From a virus, in the IMG/VR virus record IMGVR_UViG_3300025711_000009: 62,813 bases of DNA; one strand, written 5' to 3'. Numbering within the stretch: the stretch's first letter is position 1; the number at the start of each line of letters is the position of its first letter. A model generated the notes under the pieces. The model was given only the letters and a program-made list of their open reading frames with translations, had not been told where the DNA came from and ran no database searches. A program made the position numbers and the translations under genes. Of the stretch, positions 45,125 to 54,102 are shown piece by piece.

Positions 45125-45377
45125 CACCAACCCCACGGCTCGTGACTGGCTCCTGAACTATGCCGGCGACAGCGACTGGCGTACCCAGGTCGACCGGCTG
45201 CTGGACCAGCACCGCGCCGAAGTCCTGTCCGAGGCTGCCGTGATCGCGCTCAACCTCCGCCAGTTCGAGAAGGCCTTCGGCGCCCGTGCTGGCGCGCAGA
45301 TCTCCGAGAACGTCGGGATCATCCGGGTCGCCGATGAGCTGCTGCGGCTTGCGGACGGCGGTGAGTCTCGTGGCTGA
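45108..45377 (+). CDS. Hypothetical protein (89 aa), paralog family member 2
   Basis: Starts within the repeated junction GTGAGTCTCGTGGCTGA. DQHRAEVLSEAA; ends in GESRG. Confidence 0.65.
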   Translation: MSLVADTNPTARDWLLNYAGDSDWRTQVDRLLDQHRAEVLSEAAVIALNLRQFEKAFGARAGAQISENVGIIRVADELLRLADGGESRG

Positions 45378-45627
45378 TGTCCTCCCAAGCAGTGTCCTCC
45401 CGGCCGACACCGCCTCCCCGGCCATCGCCGAGCTGCCCCCGGCTGGTATCGCCGGCCTGGACGTGCCGCTGCCCGTGGTCGAGGCCTCCGTTCACCTGGC
45501 CGACCTGCTGGCGCACCCGCCGCTTGGCCACGTCGAGGAGCTGCAGCCCCGCGAGTGGTACGAGGCCGTCTTTGACGACATGGCCACCGCCTACAAGGCC
45601 CGCCGCAACGCTGGAGGCCAGTCATGA
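45361..45627 (+). CDS. Hypothetical protein (88 aa)
   Basis: Starts at the second copy of the junction repeat. Confidence 0.6.
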   Translation: MSLVADVLPSSVLPADTASPAIAELPPAGIAGLDVPLPVVEASVHLADLLAHPPLGHVEELQPREWYEAVFDDMATAYKARRNAGGQS

Positions 45628-45806
45628 ACGCCCCGGCGGAGCAGCGTCTCGAGGACCGGCTGCAGGCCGCTCTGGCCGCCGAGGACAAGCACTACCAGGA
45701 CGTGTTCGGCCCTCCGGAGACCTGGTCGCCGGTCATCGTCGAGCGGTACGTCACCGACTGCCACCTCGCCCGCCAGCGGGCCACGGACTGGGCGGAGGCG
45801 GCGTGA
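45624..45806 (+). CDS. Hypothetical protein (60 aa)
   Basis: ATGA overlap. Confidence 0.6.
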   Translation: MNAPAEQRLEDRLQAALAAEDKHYQDVFGPPETWSPVIVERYVTDCHLARQRATDWAEAA

Positions 45807-45967
45807 TGGCCCGCATCGAGAACGTGACGTCGCCTCTGCTGTCCGACCCGCCCGTCGAGCCCGAGGCGCCGGAACGCTCCGTCGCCAAGAACTACTCCGA
45901 CTCCGTCAAGTCGGGCTACGTCGAGACGCCCGACGAGTGGATGGCGCGGATCGGAGGCGGGCGATGA
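45806..45967 (+). CDS. Hypothetical protein (53 aa)
   Basis: TGATG overlap; high GC3. Confidence 0.5.
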   Translation: MARIENVTSPLLSDPPVEPEAPERSVAKNYSDSVKSGYVETPDEWMARIGGGR

Positions 45968-46632
45968 CCGTCGACGTGCTGGAAACGGATGACCCCGAGG
46001 CGCTCGCCTTCTTTGAGGCCGCCCGCCGCTCCCTCACCCCGCAGCCTCGCCCCACCGTCGGGGCAACATCGCCTTGGATCGCGCCAGTCGCCCCGGTGCC
46101 CGACCTTTCCGACCTGACCGGCATGCCGGACGGGCCGCACCCGAACGACGTGATCGACAGCTCCTGGGTGCTGTCCACGATGCAGGCGAAGCTCGACGCA
46201 CGGCGACGGCTCGCCGCGAACACGGCAGCCCGCAAGGCCGGCGAATGCCAGGCGACGGGCAGGTGGACGCGGGACTGGGATTCAAGCCGCTACGGCGCCG
46301 TCCTGTCGCTGCTCGCCGCAGCCGAACAGTCCGCGCTGGAGACTGACCGGCCGTGGCATGCCGCCCGCCTCGACGCCTACGCCGCGGCCTACGGGCTGCG
46401 CGGCTGGCACCGGTACACGGACCTCCGCGGCCGGCACGCCATCCAGGTCAACTACATCCGCACCTACGCCGACGGTGAGCGTGACCGCTACTACGTCCAC
46501 GCCGCCTACCGAGCCCTCCATGGCCCGACGAACTACTGGGTGATCGACCGCGACACTCACCGCACCGCCTACCGGACGATCTCGTCCGGCGTCGCGAAGC
46601 AGTGGATCGACGAGATGGAGGCCAGCTCATGA
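45964..46632 (+). CDS. Hypothetical protein (222 aa)
   Basis: ATGA overlap. Confidence 0.7.
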   Translation: MTVDVLETDDPEALAFFEAARRSLTPQPRPTVGATSPWIAPVAPVPDLSDLTGMPDGPHPNDVIDSSWVLSTMQAKLDARRRLAANTAARKAGECQATGRWTRDWDSSRYGAVLSLLAAAEQSALETDRPWHAARLDAYAAAYGLRGWHRYTDLRGRHAIQVNYIRTYADGERDRYYVHAAYRALHGPTNYWVIDRDTHRTAYRTISSGVAKQWIDEMEASS

Positions 46633-46733
46633 CCCTCCGCCGTATCGCCGCCCTGGACGCCCTCGCGGGTGTCGCCTCGCTCCTGCTCCTCGCCCTCGGG
46701 CGCCATCTTCAGACCGGAGGCCACCGTGGCTGA
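46629..46733 (+). CDS. Possible 34-aa single-TM peptide
   Basis: ATGA overlap upstream. Its stop overlaps the next GTG start. Too short to be sure. Confidence 0.3.
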   Translation: MTLRRIAALDALAGVASLLLLALGRHLQTGGHRG

Positions 46734-47073
46734 CACGACCGTCCGTATCGCTCCGACTGCCGACGTGCAGCGTCTCGCTGACGCTCTGAACGCGGCCCAG
46801 CTGATCGGCATCAAGTTCAAGATCGGCCCGAACCCTCACATCCACCAGGACTCGATCACCGGCCGCTTCGTGCCGACCTTGAAGGCGCTCCCCGACGAGG
46901 ACTTCCCGGCGACGTGGGAGGGCGGCCACTCACTCGTCATCGAGTACGGGGACTGCGAGTTCTACGGCCGTTGCCAGTGCGGCAAGGACCTCGGGATGCA
47001 GACCCCGAACAAGCCGCTCGACGACTTCGGAGCCAAGTGGGAGCGGCACGTCATGACGGAGGTCGGACGGTGA
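46726..47073 (+). CDS. Hypothetical protein (115 aa)
   Basis: GGAGG RBS, GTG start. Confidence 0.65.
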   Translation: MADTTVRIAPTADVQRLADALNAAQLIGIKFKIGPNPHIHQDSITGRFVPTLKALPDEDFPATWEGGHSLVIEYGDCEFYGRCQCGKDLGMQTPNKPLDDFGAKWERHVMTEVGR

Positions 47074-47519
47074 CCATCGACACCCGCCTCGCCGAAATCC
47101 GCGTAGCCCTCGCCGCCATCCCCGCCCCGCCGTGGCTGTGGATCGGAAGCCGGGACGCGGGCGGCCCGCAGCTGGTCACCGACCACTCCGGCCGCCAGTA
47201 CATCCTCTCCGCCGTCAAGCCGGTCGACTGCAAGGGCGACGAACTGTCCGACCCCTACGCCGACGTCCCGATCTACGGTGACCTGCAGTTCCGGGACCAG
47301 CGTCCCAACGAGAAGTGGGCCAGCATGCGCACCGGCAACCAACTGGCCGTGGGTCGCACGAGCTACGACCCGGACTCCATCCGAGACGTCGACAACCCGG
47401 TAGCCCGCTGGCTCAGGGACTCTCCCCAGTACGTGGCCGAGCTGCTGGCCGAGGTCGACCGGCTCCGCAAGGAGAACGCCGACCTGGAAGCCGGCCTCGG
47501 CTTGAACGAGGCGGCGTGA
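47070..47519 (+). CDS. Hypothetical protein (149 aa)
   Basis: GTGA overlap; C-terminal coiled coil. Confidence 0.7.
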   Translation: MTIDTRLAEIRVALAAIPAPPWLWIGSRDAGGPQLVTDHSGRQYILSAVKPVDCKGDELSDPYADVPIYGDLQFRDQRPNEKWASMRTGNQLAVGRTSYDPDSIRDVDNPVARWLRDSPQYVAELLAEVDRLRKENADLEAGLGLNEAA

Positions 47520-47685
47520 GCGCGACCCGCGGGGAAGGCAGCCGCCCGGCCAACGCCACCCCGCCCCGCCGCCCGATACGAGTTCTGCCGCTGCACCTCT
47601 CGCCGCTCGCCGGCCTCTGATACCCGCCGGGCCGGTCGTGCCCAGTCCGACCGCCCCGGCGCCCCAACCACTGCAGGAGCTTCCG

Positions 47686-47838
47686 ATGCACGAGCAGCTC
47701 GCCCTGTTCCCCGACTCCGAGATCACCCTGCCGGAACTGCCGGCCACCCCGACGTTCCGCATCCTCCCCCTGCCCACCCCCACCGAGACCAACGTCCCCC
47801 AGGCCGAGACGCTGCCGTTCAGCGAGGACGCGGCCTGA
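47686..47838 (+). CDS. Small protein with clamp-binding-like motif QLALF
   Basis: 50 aa, AGGAG RBS. N-terminus MHEQLALFPD. Coupled (TGATG) to the clamp gene. Confidence 0.55.
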   Translation: MHEQLALFPDSEITLPELPATPTFRILPLPTPTETNVPQAETLPFSEDAA

Positions 47839-48947
47839 TGCACGTCACGATCCCCCAGCCCGAGCTTGCCGCGGCCGTCTCCTGGGCGGCCCGGCAGCTC
47901 CCCAACAAGCCGACCTACCCGGTGCTGACCGGGATGCGGCTCCAGGCTACCGACGGACGCTTGCATTTGAGCGTGTGGGACGGAACGACCGCCGCGCACG
48001 CCGAGGTCGACGCCGACGTCGCCGAGGACGGCACCGTCATCGCCCCCGGGCAGATGCTGCACCAGATCGTCGGGGCCCTCCGCAAGAGCGAGGTCACCTT
48101 CAGCGACGCCAGCGGCGAACTGGAGATCACCACCCTCGGCGCCCACTTCAGCCTGAACGTCCTCGACGGACGGGACTACCCGACCCTGCCCGCCATGCCG
48201 ACCGCCCAGGGATCGGTGGAGGGCGCCGACTTCGCCGCCGCCTACAAGCGGGTCAAGGCGGCCATGGATCCGAAGGCGGAAGGCCCGGTTGCTGGCATGA
48301 GTGGCATCCGGGTCCGTATCGACGGCGACCTGCTCACCCTCACCGCCACCGACCGCTACCGGATCGCAACCGCCACCGTGCCGTGGCAGTCCGATCAGCC
48401 GGTCACCGCCATGGGAGTGATCCCCGGGAAGGCGCTCGCCGACAACGCTGCCGCCATTGACGGCCGACTGCACGTGGCCCTGCCCGCGGATGGCGCCGGC
48501 ACCTGCGGCCTGGCCGGCGGCGGACGCCAGGTGTCGACGATGCTGATTGACCCGTCGCTGTTCCCGCACCGGGTCGACCAGGTGGCCAGCAAGAAGACCG
48601 GCGTCATCATCGGCCAGGCTCCCGACCTCGTCGAGGCGGCACGTGCGGCCATGGCGGTGTCCGAAGCGGGCAAGCCGCTGTGGATCAACGCCAGCGAGGT
48701 CGGGGTGACGCTGCGCGCCGGCCGCGACGCCCGCTCCGTCGTCGAGGTCGACGCCCAGTACGACGGCGCTGACGAATTCGAGGCGGCCATCAATTCCATC
48801 TACTTCCTCGACGGGCTGGCCCCCCTGTCCGGTGTCACGCACATCGACGTGTCCACGCCGAAGACCCCGGCCGTGATCTACGACCCCGGCGACGACACCT
48901 ACCGGTACGTGGTCATCCCGATCCGCGACCCGCACAAGACCGCGTAG
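47838..48947 (+). CDS. dnaN: DNA polymerase III beta sliding clamp homolog
   Basis: 369 aa. N-terminus ...ELAAAVSWAARQLPNKPTYPVLTGMRLQA... and a three-domain length. Confidence 0.9.
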   Translation: MHVTIPQPELAAAVSWAARQLPNKPTYPVLTGMRLQATDGRLHLSVWDGTTAAHAEVDADVAEDGTVIAPGQMLHQIVGALRKSEVTFSDASGELEITTLGAHFSLNVLDGRDYPTLPAMPTAQGSVEGADFAAAYKRVKAAMDPKAEGPVAGMSGIRVRIDGDLLTLTATDRYRIATATVPWQSDQPVTAMGVIPGKALADNAAAIDGRLHVALPADGAGTCGLAGGGRQVSTMLIDPSLFPHRVDQVASKKTGVIIGQAPDLVEAARAAMAVSEAGKPLWINASEVGVTLRAGRDARSVVEVDAQYDGADEFEAAINSIYFLDGLAPLSGVTHIDVSTPKTPAVIYDPGDDTYRYVVIPIRDPHKTA

Positions 48948-49018
48948 CCCACCCCACCACCGCCCCGGACGGGCACACCGCCCGCCCGGTCGGCACCCCC
49001 TACTCGAAAGGCGTCACC

Positions 49019-49657
49019 GTGATACCGATCTGTACCGACTGCCACGCTGAGATCCGAGGGAAACGCCGGCTGGGGCGGTGTGAAAGGTGCTACCAGCGAG
49101 ACCTTGCGGCACGCAAGAGAGACGGGCTCTTCGTTCCGCCGCTCCGAAACGCCGACGGAGGAGCTCGCCTCTTTGCGCAGGTAACACCCGGCTGGGGCGG
49201 CTGTTGGATCTACACAGGCCCGACCAACGAGCAGGGATACGGAAGGGCATCGGGAAGCAGGGGGTCGGCCACCAGCGCTCACCGCCTCGCCTACGAGCTG
49301 ACAAAAGGCCCCATAGCCCCTGGCATGCAGCTCGACCACACCTGCCACACAGAGGCCGCTGACTGCGCAGGAGGCGTCACCTGCCTCCACCGACGGTGCA
49401 TCAATCCGGACCACCTAGAAGAAGTAACTCGCGCGGAGAACATCCGTCGGAGCAACGGCTTTTCCGGGGTCAATGCCCGCAAAACCCACTGCAAGGCAGG
49501 CCACGAGTTCACGGCCGAGACCACCCGATGGCGAACACGTACAAATCCTCCGTATCGACGCTCCCGCGAGTGCATCCCGTGCATGCGTCAAGCCAGTCGC
49601 GAATACATGCGAGCCATCCGCAACGGCTCCCGCCGCCCCCTGAAGGACTCACGATGA
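49019..49657 (+). CDS. HNH endonuclease
   Basis: SAHRLAYELTKG...QLDHTCH...CINPDHLEEVTRAENIRR. Confidence 0.85.
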   Translation: MIPICTDCHAEIRGKRRLGRCERCYQRDLAARKRDGLFVPPLRNADGGARLFAQVTPGWGGCWIYTGPTNEQGYGRASGSRGSATSAHRLAYELTKGPIAPGMQLDHTCHTEAADCAGGVTCLHRRCINPDHLEEVTRAENIRRSNGFSGVNARKTHCKAGHEFTAETTRWRTRTNPPYRRSRECIPCMRQASREYMRAIRNGSRRPLKDSR

Positions 49658-50700
49658 GTACCGAAATCGTCCGCGCCGCACCCACACCGCAGGGTCTCGA
49701 CGCATCCGTCCGCTTCGCCCAACTCCTGGCCGATGCCGACCTGCTGCCGAAGCAGTTCGTCGGCAAGCCGGCCAACGTCCTCTACGCCATCGAGTACGGC
49801 CGCACCCTCGGGATCGCCCCGGTCGCCGCCATCACCGGCATCCACGTCATCGAGGGCAAGCCGTCCGCCTCCTCCGGCCTGATCGGCGGTCTTGTCCGCC
49901 AGGCCGGACACAAGCTCCGCGTCACCAGCGACGGCGCCACCAAGGCCACCGCTCAGATCATCCGCTCCGACGACCCCGAGTTCGTCTACGAGGCGACCTG
50001 GACGCTGGACCGGGCAGTCGTGGCCCGGCTCTGTGAAATCAAGGATGGCAAGCCGTGGGCCCGTGACCGCAACGGCAAGCCCACGGCGTGGGAGAAGTAC
50101 CCGGCCGCGATGCTCAAGGCCCGCGCCATCACCGAAGTCGCCCGAGACGCCTGCGAAGACGTGCTCTTCGGCCTGCACTACACGCCGGAGGAACTCGGCG
50201 CTGTCGTCAACCAGGACGGGGAGCCGATCGAGGCGTCGGTTACCCAGCTCCACCGCGTCCAGCCTGGCGAGCCCGATCAGTGGGCCACCCCCGCCGCGAC
50301 GGTACAGGCGGCCGTCGCCGACCTGCCGCCGGAGTCGCTGACCCCGGCAGGCCGCGACTACCTGCACGAGGCGCACAAGGCTCTCGACGCAGCCACGGTC
50401 CGCCTGATCTGGAAGGACGCGCAGACCGAGGGCGCCCGCCCCGAATACCTCGCCCAGATCGCCGAGGTGGGCAAGGGTAAGGCTGCCGCCCCCACCAAGG
50501 CGCCGGCCGAGACAGTCACCGACGCCGAGTTCGTCGACCCGGTAGCCGAGGCCGAGCAGCAGCTCCGGGCCACTGCCGCCCGCGTCGGGCTCGACACCCT
50601 CGACCAAGACTTCGAGCAGTCCTACGGCCTGCCGATTTCCGAGGCCGGCGTGCAGCAGCTCAACGAGATGAACAAGATTCTCGGCGGGGCAGCCGCATGA
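49654..50700 (+). CDS. recT: RecT-family single-strand annealing recombinase
   Basis: VLYAIEYGRTLGIAPVAAITGIHVIEGKPS...AMLKARAITEVAR. Confidence 0.9.
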   Translation: MSTEIVRAAPTPQGLDASVRFAQLLADADLLPKQFVGKPANVLYAIEYGRTLGIAPVAAITGIHVIEGKPSASSGLIGGLVRQAGHKLRVTSDGATKATAQIIRSDDPEFVYEATWTLDRAVVARLCEIKDGKPWARDRNGKPTAWEKYPAAMLKARAITEVARDACEDVLFGLHYTPEELGAVVNQDGEPIEASVTQLHRVQPGEPDQWATPAATVQAAVADLPPESLTPAGRDYLHEAHKALDAATVRLIWKDAQTEGARPEYLAQIAEVGKGKAAAPTKAPAETVTDAEFVDPVAEAEQQLRATAARVGLDTLDQDFEQSYGLPISEAGVQQLNEMNKILGGAAA

Positions 50701-51308
50701 GCCTCAAGGATGCAGCCGCCCGCGAGGCCACGCTGAAGACCCTGCTCGACGTCATCGACGGCGAGTACAAGGCCGCCCGCGCCGAGGTCCAGACCCTCCT
50801 CGACGAGGCCGCGACGGAGACTGGCACCACGCAGATCAAGGCGATGCTGCCCGACGGCACGCCGGTGGCCACGGTCAGCATCTCCAGCGGATCCGCCGAG
50901 GCCCGGGTCACCGACCCTGAGGCGTTCACGGCCTGGGTGCTGGCCACCCATGGCAGCGAGATCGAGCGCCGGTTCGTCACCGAAGTGCGGGCCGCGTTCC
51001 AGAAGAAGCTGCTGGCCGAGCTGACCGCTACGGGCGGTACGGAGTGGGCCGACCCGGAGACGGGCGTTATCCACGACGTGCCCGGCGTGGCCATCCAGCC
51101 GGCCAGGGCCCGCACGCACAACGTCCGGTTCACAAAGACCGGCCGCGACGAGGTGATGGCGGCATGGCGTAACGGCCAGCTCGCCGGGGTCGCCCTGCCG
51201 GAGTTGGCCGCGGAGACGGAGCCGATCCGCTGCAGCCGCTGCCAGGGCGACGACGGCCCGTTCACCGACGCCGGCCTCTGCGAGGCCTGCGCCCGCCCCG
51301 TTCCGTAG
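50697..51308 (+). CDS. Hypothetical protein (203 aa), C-terminal CxxC...CxxC
   Basis: ATGA overlap with recT. Confidence 0.7.
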   Translation: MSLKDAAAREATLKTLLDVIDGEYKAARAEVQTLLDEAATETGTTQIKAMLPDGTPVATVSISSGSAEARVTDPEAFTAWVLATHGSEIERRFVTEVRAAFQKKLLAELTATGGTEWADPETGVIHDVPGVAIQPARARTHNVRFTKTGRDEVMAAWRNGQLAGVALPELAAETEPIRCSRCQGDDGPFTDAGLCEACARPVP

Positions 51309-51384
51309 CAGCACTCGGGGCCGCTCTCGCCCAAATCGGGAGCGGCCCCACCCCTCCAGTACAGCACGTGAGAGGACCATCGCC

Positions 51385-51753
51385 ATGCCCCGTCGCCTCA
51401 CCGTCGCCGAACGCCACGCCACCACCGCCAAGGACTTCCGCCTCGAGGAGATAGCCGAGCGGTCCGCCTGGGACCAGTTCCTCGTCGAGCAGGCCCTCTT
51501 CGTCACGCTCCTGACCCAGGGCACCGCATCCGCCAACGACGTCCGCGACCTCCTCCCGGAGATGGGGCACGGCTTCCTCGGCGCCGCGATCAACGCGATG
51601 CGGACCGGCGGACTGATTCAGCACACCGGGCAGACCGTCCCGTCGACGCTCGACTCCACCCACGGGCATCGGATCGCGGTCTGGGAGTTCACCGCGAAGG
51701 GTCTGGCCGTCGCCGCGAAGAGCGCCGCCGCACGCAGGGAGACGGCGGCATGA
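51385..51753 (+). CDS. Hypothetical protein (122 aa)
   Basis: High GC3. Confidence 0.7.
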   Translation: MPRRLTVAERHATTAKDFRLEEIAERSAWDQFLVEQALFVTLLTQGTASANDVRDLLPEMGHGFLGAAINAMRTGGLIQHTGQTVPSTLDSTHGHRIAVWEFTAKGLAVAAKSAAARRETAA

Positions 51754-52022
51754 CCGCCTGGGATTGGGCCCTGCTCTTCGCCTCCTGCGCCCTGATCGCG
51801 ATCGTCGGCTACTGCTGCGCCCGCACCGCCGCCCAGGACGACGACCAGGCCGCCTGGCAGGAGTCGACCACGACCGCCCGCACCGAGGACGACGTCCGAC
51901 GCGACCTCCGCAAAACCCGGCGGGACCTCGAACTCGCCCAGCTGTACGAAATCTGGCCCGACCCGCCCCGCGGCAAGCGCCAGATCCCCCACCAGACCCG
52001 CCGGACGGAGGACAACCAGTGA
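51750..52022 (+). CDS. Small membrane protein (90 aa)
   Basis: ATGA overlap. TM segment WALLFASCALIAIVGYCCA. Confidence 0.65.
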   Translation: MTAWDWALLFASCALIAIVGYCCARTAAQDDDQAAWQESTTTARTEDDVRRDLRKTRRDLELAQLYEIWPDPPRGKRQIPHQTRRTEDNQ

Positions 52023-52579
52023 CCAGCACCGTCTCCAGCTCCATCAAGGCCAGTCGCGCCATCAGCATCCGCCCCCGCGTCGCCCTGCCGATCGAGACGT
52101 ACAGCAACGACATCGACTGGATCGCCGTCCAGCGAGTCATCGAGGACGACCGCCCACTGCCCGCCCTGACCCGCGAAGAACAGCGGGTCGCCGCGCTCCT
52201 CCTGACCGCGGCCGGCCGCAGCGAGAAGGACGCCGCCCGCCTGGTCGGCACACACGACCGCCAGGTAACCCGGTGGAAAGAGCAGTCCGGCGCAAAGCCC
52301 CCACGACCCTGCACGGTTGACGACTGCGACAGCCCGATCAAGGCGCTCGGACTCTGCCACCGCCACTACCGGCAGGAACAGCGCCGCCGGAACCCGCAGC
52401 CCGCCAAGTCCACCAAGTCCACCAAGACGACGTGCCGCCGCGGACACGCCTACCCCGACTGCCTCGGCTACCGGTCCAGCGGCAAGCCCTACTGCCGGCC
52501 CTGCGACCGAGCCGCTCGCAAGGCCTACCGGGAACGGGCATCAGCCGCCACCCAGACCGACATGCGGAAGGCCGCCTGA
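52019..52579 (+). CDS. HTH + Cys-rich (zinc-ribbon-like) DNA-binding protein
   Basis: GTGA overlap. SEKDAARLVGTHDRQVTRW and CDSPIKALGLCHRHY. Confidence 0.7.
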   Translation: MTSTVSSSIKASRAISIRPRVALPIETYSNDIDWIAVQRVIEDDRPLPALTREEQRVAALLLTAAGRSEKDAARLVGTHDRQVTRWKEQSGAKPPRPCTVDDCDSPIKALGLCHRHYRQEQRRRNPQPAKSTKSTKTTCRRGHAYPDCLGYRSSGKPYCRPCDRAARKAYRERASAATQTDMRKAA

Positions 52580-52649
52580 TGGGCCGCCGGATCGCCACCG
52601 CGGCCTAGCCGCTTCCCCACCCGCACCAGCCAGAGAGAAGTCCCTCCCA

Positions 52650-53492
52650 ATGGCCCGTATCCGTTCGATCAAGCCGGAGTTCTTCACCTCCCTGACGATC
52701 GCCGAGCTGCCGCTGTCCGCGCGCCTCACGTTCATCGGCTTGTGGACCTACGTCGATGACAACGGCGTCGGGCCGGCGGATGCCCGTCTCATCCGGGCCG
52801 CGATCTGGCCCCTCGAAGAGGCTCCGGACATCCTCCAGAGGACTCGCGAGGACCTCCAGAGGCTTCACGCGGCCCGACTCATCGCCCTGTACGAGGTCTC
52901 CGGACGGCCTCTCGTCGCGGTCAACAGCTGGTCCGAGCACCAGAAGGTCAGCCACCCCCGCAAGAACCGCTTCATGCGACCCGAAGAGGCCGCTGAGCTG
53001 GCCAAATACCCGACTCCGGAGGACTTCCAGAGCCCTCCGGAGGATTACCAGAGTCCTCCGGAGACCCTCCGCCCTGAGCAGGGAGCAGGGAGCAGGGAGC
53101 AGGGAGCAGGGAATAGAGGCGACGCGGAGCCTCCGGCATCCGCTGACGACCCTCCCCGAGCCGACGTCGAACGCGTCTGCCGACACCTGGCCGACGTACT
53201 CGAGAAGAGCGGCAGCAAGAGGCCGATGATCACGGCGAAGTGGCGCAACGACACCCGCCTGCTGCTCGACCGGGACGGCGTCACCACAGAGCAGGCCCTG
53301 GCTGCCATCGACTGGGCCCACGCGGACAGCTTCTGGACGGCCCACATCCTCAGCCCCGGCAAGCTCCGCGCCAAATACGAAACCCTCCGCCGCCAGGCGA
53401 TGAACGGCGGCCGGAAGCACGCCGCCGGCCCCCAGACCACCGAACGCAACCTCACCGACGAGGAGATCGAAGATGCCTCCCACTTCGCCTGA
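52650..53492 (+). CDS. Putative replication initiator / replisome organiser
   Basis: MARIRSIKPEFF N-terminus, which I recall from prophage replication proteins. Sits upstream of the loader and helicase. Has a low-complexity linker. Confidence 0.75.
   Translation: MARIRSIKPEFFTSLTIAELPLSARLTFIGLWTYVDDNGVGPADARLIRAAIWPLEEAPDILQRTREDLQRLHAARLIALYEVSGRPLVAVNSWSEHQKVSHPRKNRFMRPEEAAELAKYPTPEDFQSPPEDYQSPPETLRPEQGAGSREQGAGNRGDAEPPASADDPPRADVERVCRHLADVLEKSGSKRPMITAKWRNDTRLLLDRDGVTTEQALAAIDWAHADSFWTAHILSPGKLRAKYETLRRQAMNGGRKHAAGPQTTERNLTDEEIEDASHFA
53076..53110 (+). repeat. Perfect heptanucleotide tandem repeat (GAGCAGG)x5 inside the initiator gene
   Basis: Counted base by base. Confidence 0.95.
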
Positions 53493-54102
53493 CGAGAACC
53501 CCAGGAGCTCCGGCTCTTGGCGCGAAGAGCGCCGCCACGAAGCCGTCGCCGCGTTCGCTGCCCGCATCCCGGCTCTGTACGCCGAGGAGATTCAGCTACA
53601 CGACGACGTGGTCAGCTGGGCCGACCGTGCGGCCGAGGCGCCCACTAGCCTCTTCGTCTGGGGCCCGATCGGCGTCGGCAAGACCCACGCTGCATGGCAG
53701 GCGGCGCGCCGATGGGTCGGTGCCCAGTTCGCCGATGCCTACCGCGGGACACCCGTCGTCCAGACCTGGCGCTCCACCGCCCTCTTCGACGCCCTCCGCC
53801 CCGACAGCGAGGGCGGCACCCCGAAGAAGCTCATGCGGGAACTGCAGACTGCGGACCTCCTGCTCATCGATGACCTCGCCGCCGCCCGCGTCTCCCCGTC
53901 CGGCTGGACCCAGGAACGCCTGTACGAGATCTTCGACGAGCGCTACATCAACCGCCGTCCCGTCCTGGTCACCAGCGACGTGAAACCGAACCAGATCAGC
54001 CACATCGTCGGCGAGCGCGTCACCTCCCGAGCCGCCGAGATCTTCCGCGGCGGAGTCGTCCACCTCGCCGGCCGCGACCGTCGCCAGGGCGGTGCCTCGT
54101 GA
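53473..54102 (+). CDS. DnaC/IstB-like AAA+ helicase loader
   Basis: Walker A GPIGVGKTH; Walker B LLLIDDL. Confidence 0.85.
   Translation: MPPTSPDENPRSSGSWREERRHEAVAAFAARIPALYAEEIQLHDDVVSWADRAAEAPTSLFVWGPIGVGKTHAAWQAARRWVGAQFADAYRGTPVVQTWRSTALFDALRPDSEGGTPKKLMRELQTADLLLIDDLAAARVSPSGWTQERLYEIFDERYINRRPVLVTSDVKPNQISHIVGERVTSRAAEIFRGGVVHLAGRDRRQGGAS

Noticed and set aside
46962-48935. 657-aa minus-strand ORF spanning the dnaN region
   Set aside because: Antisense to several well-supported + genes, with an Arg/Gly/Pro-rich translation.
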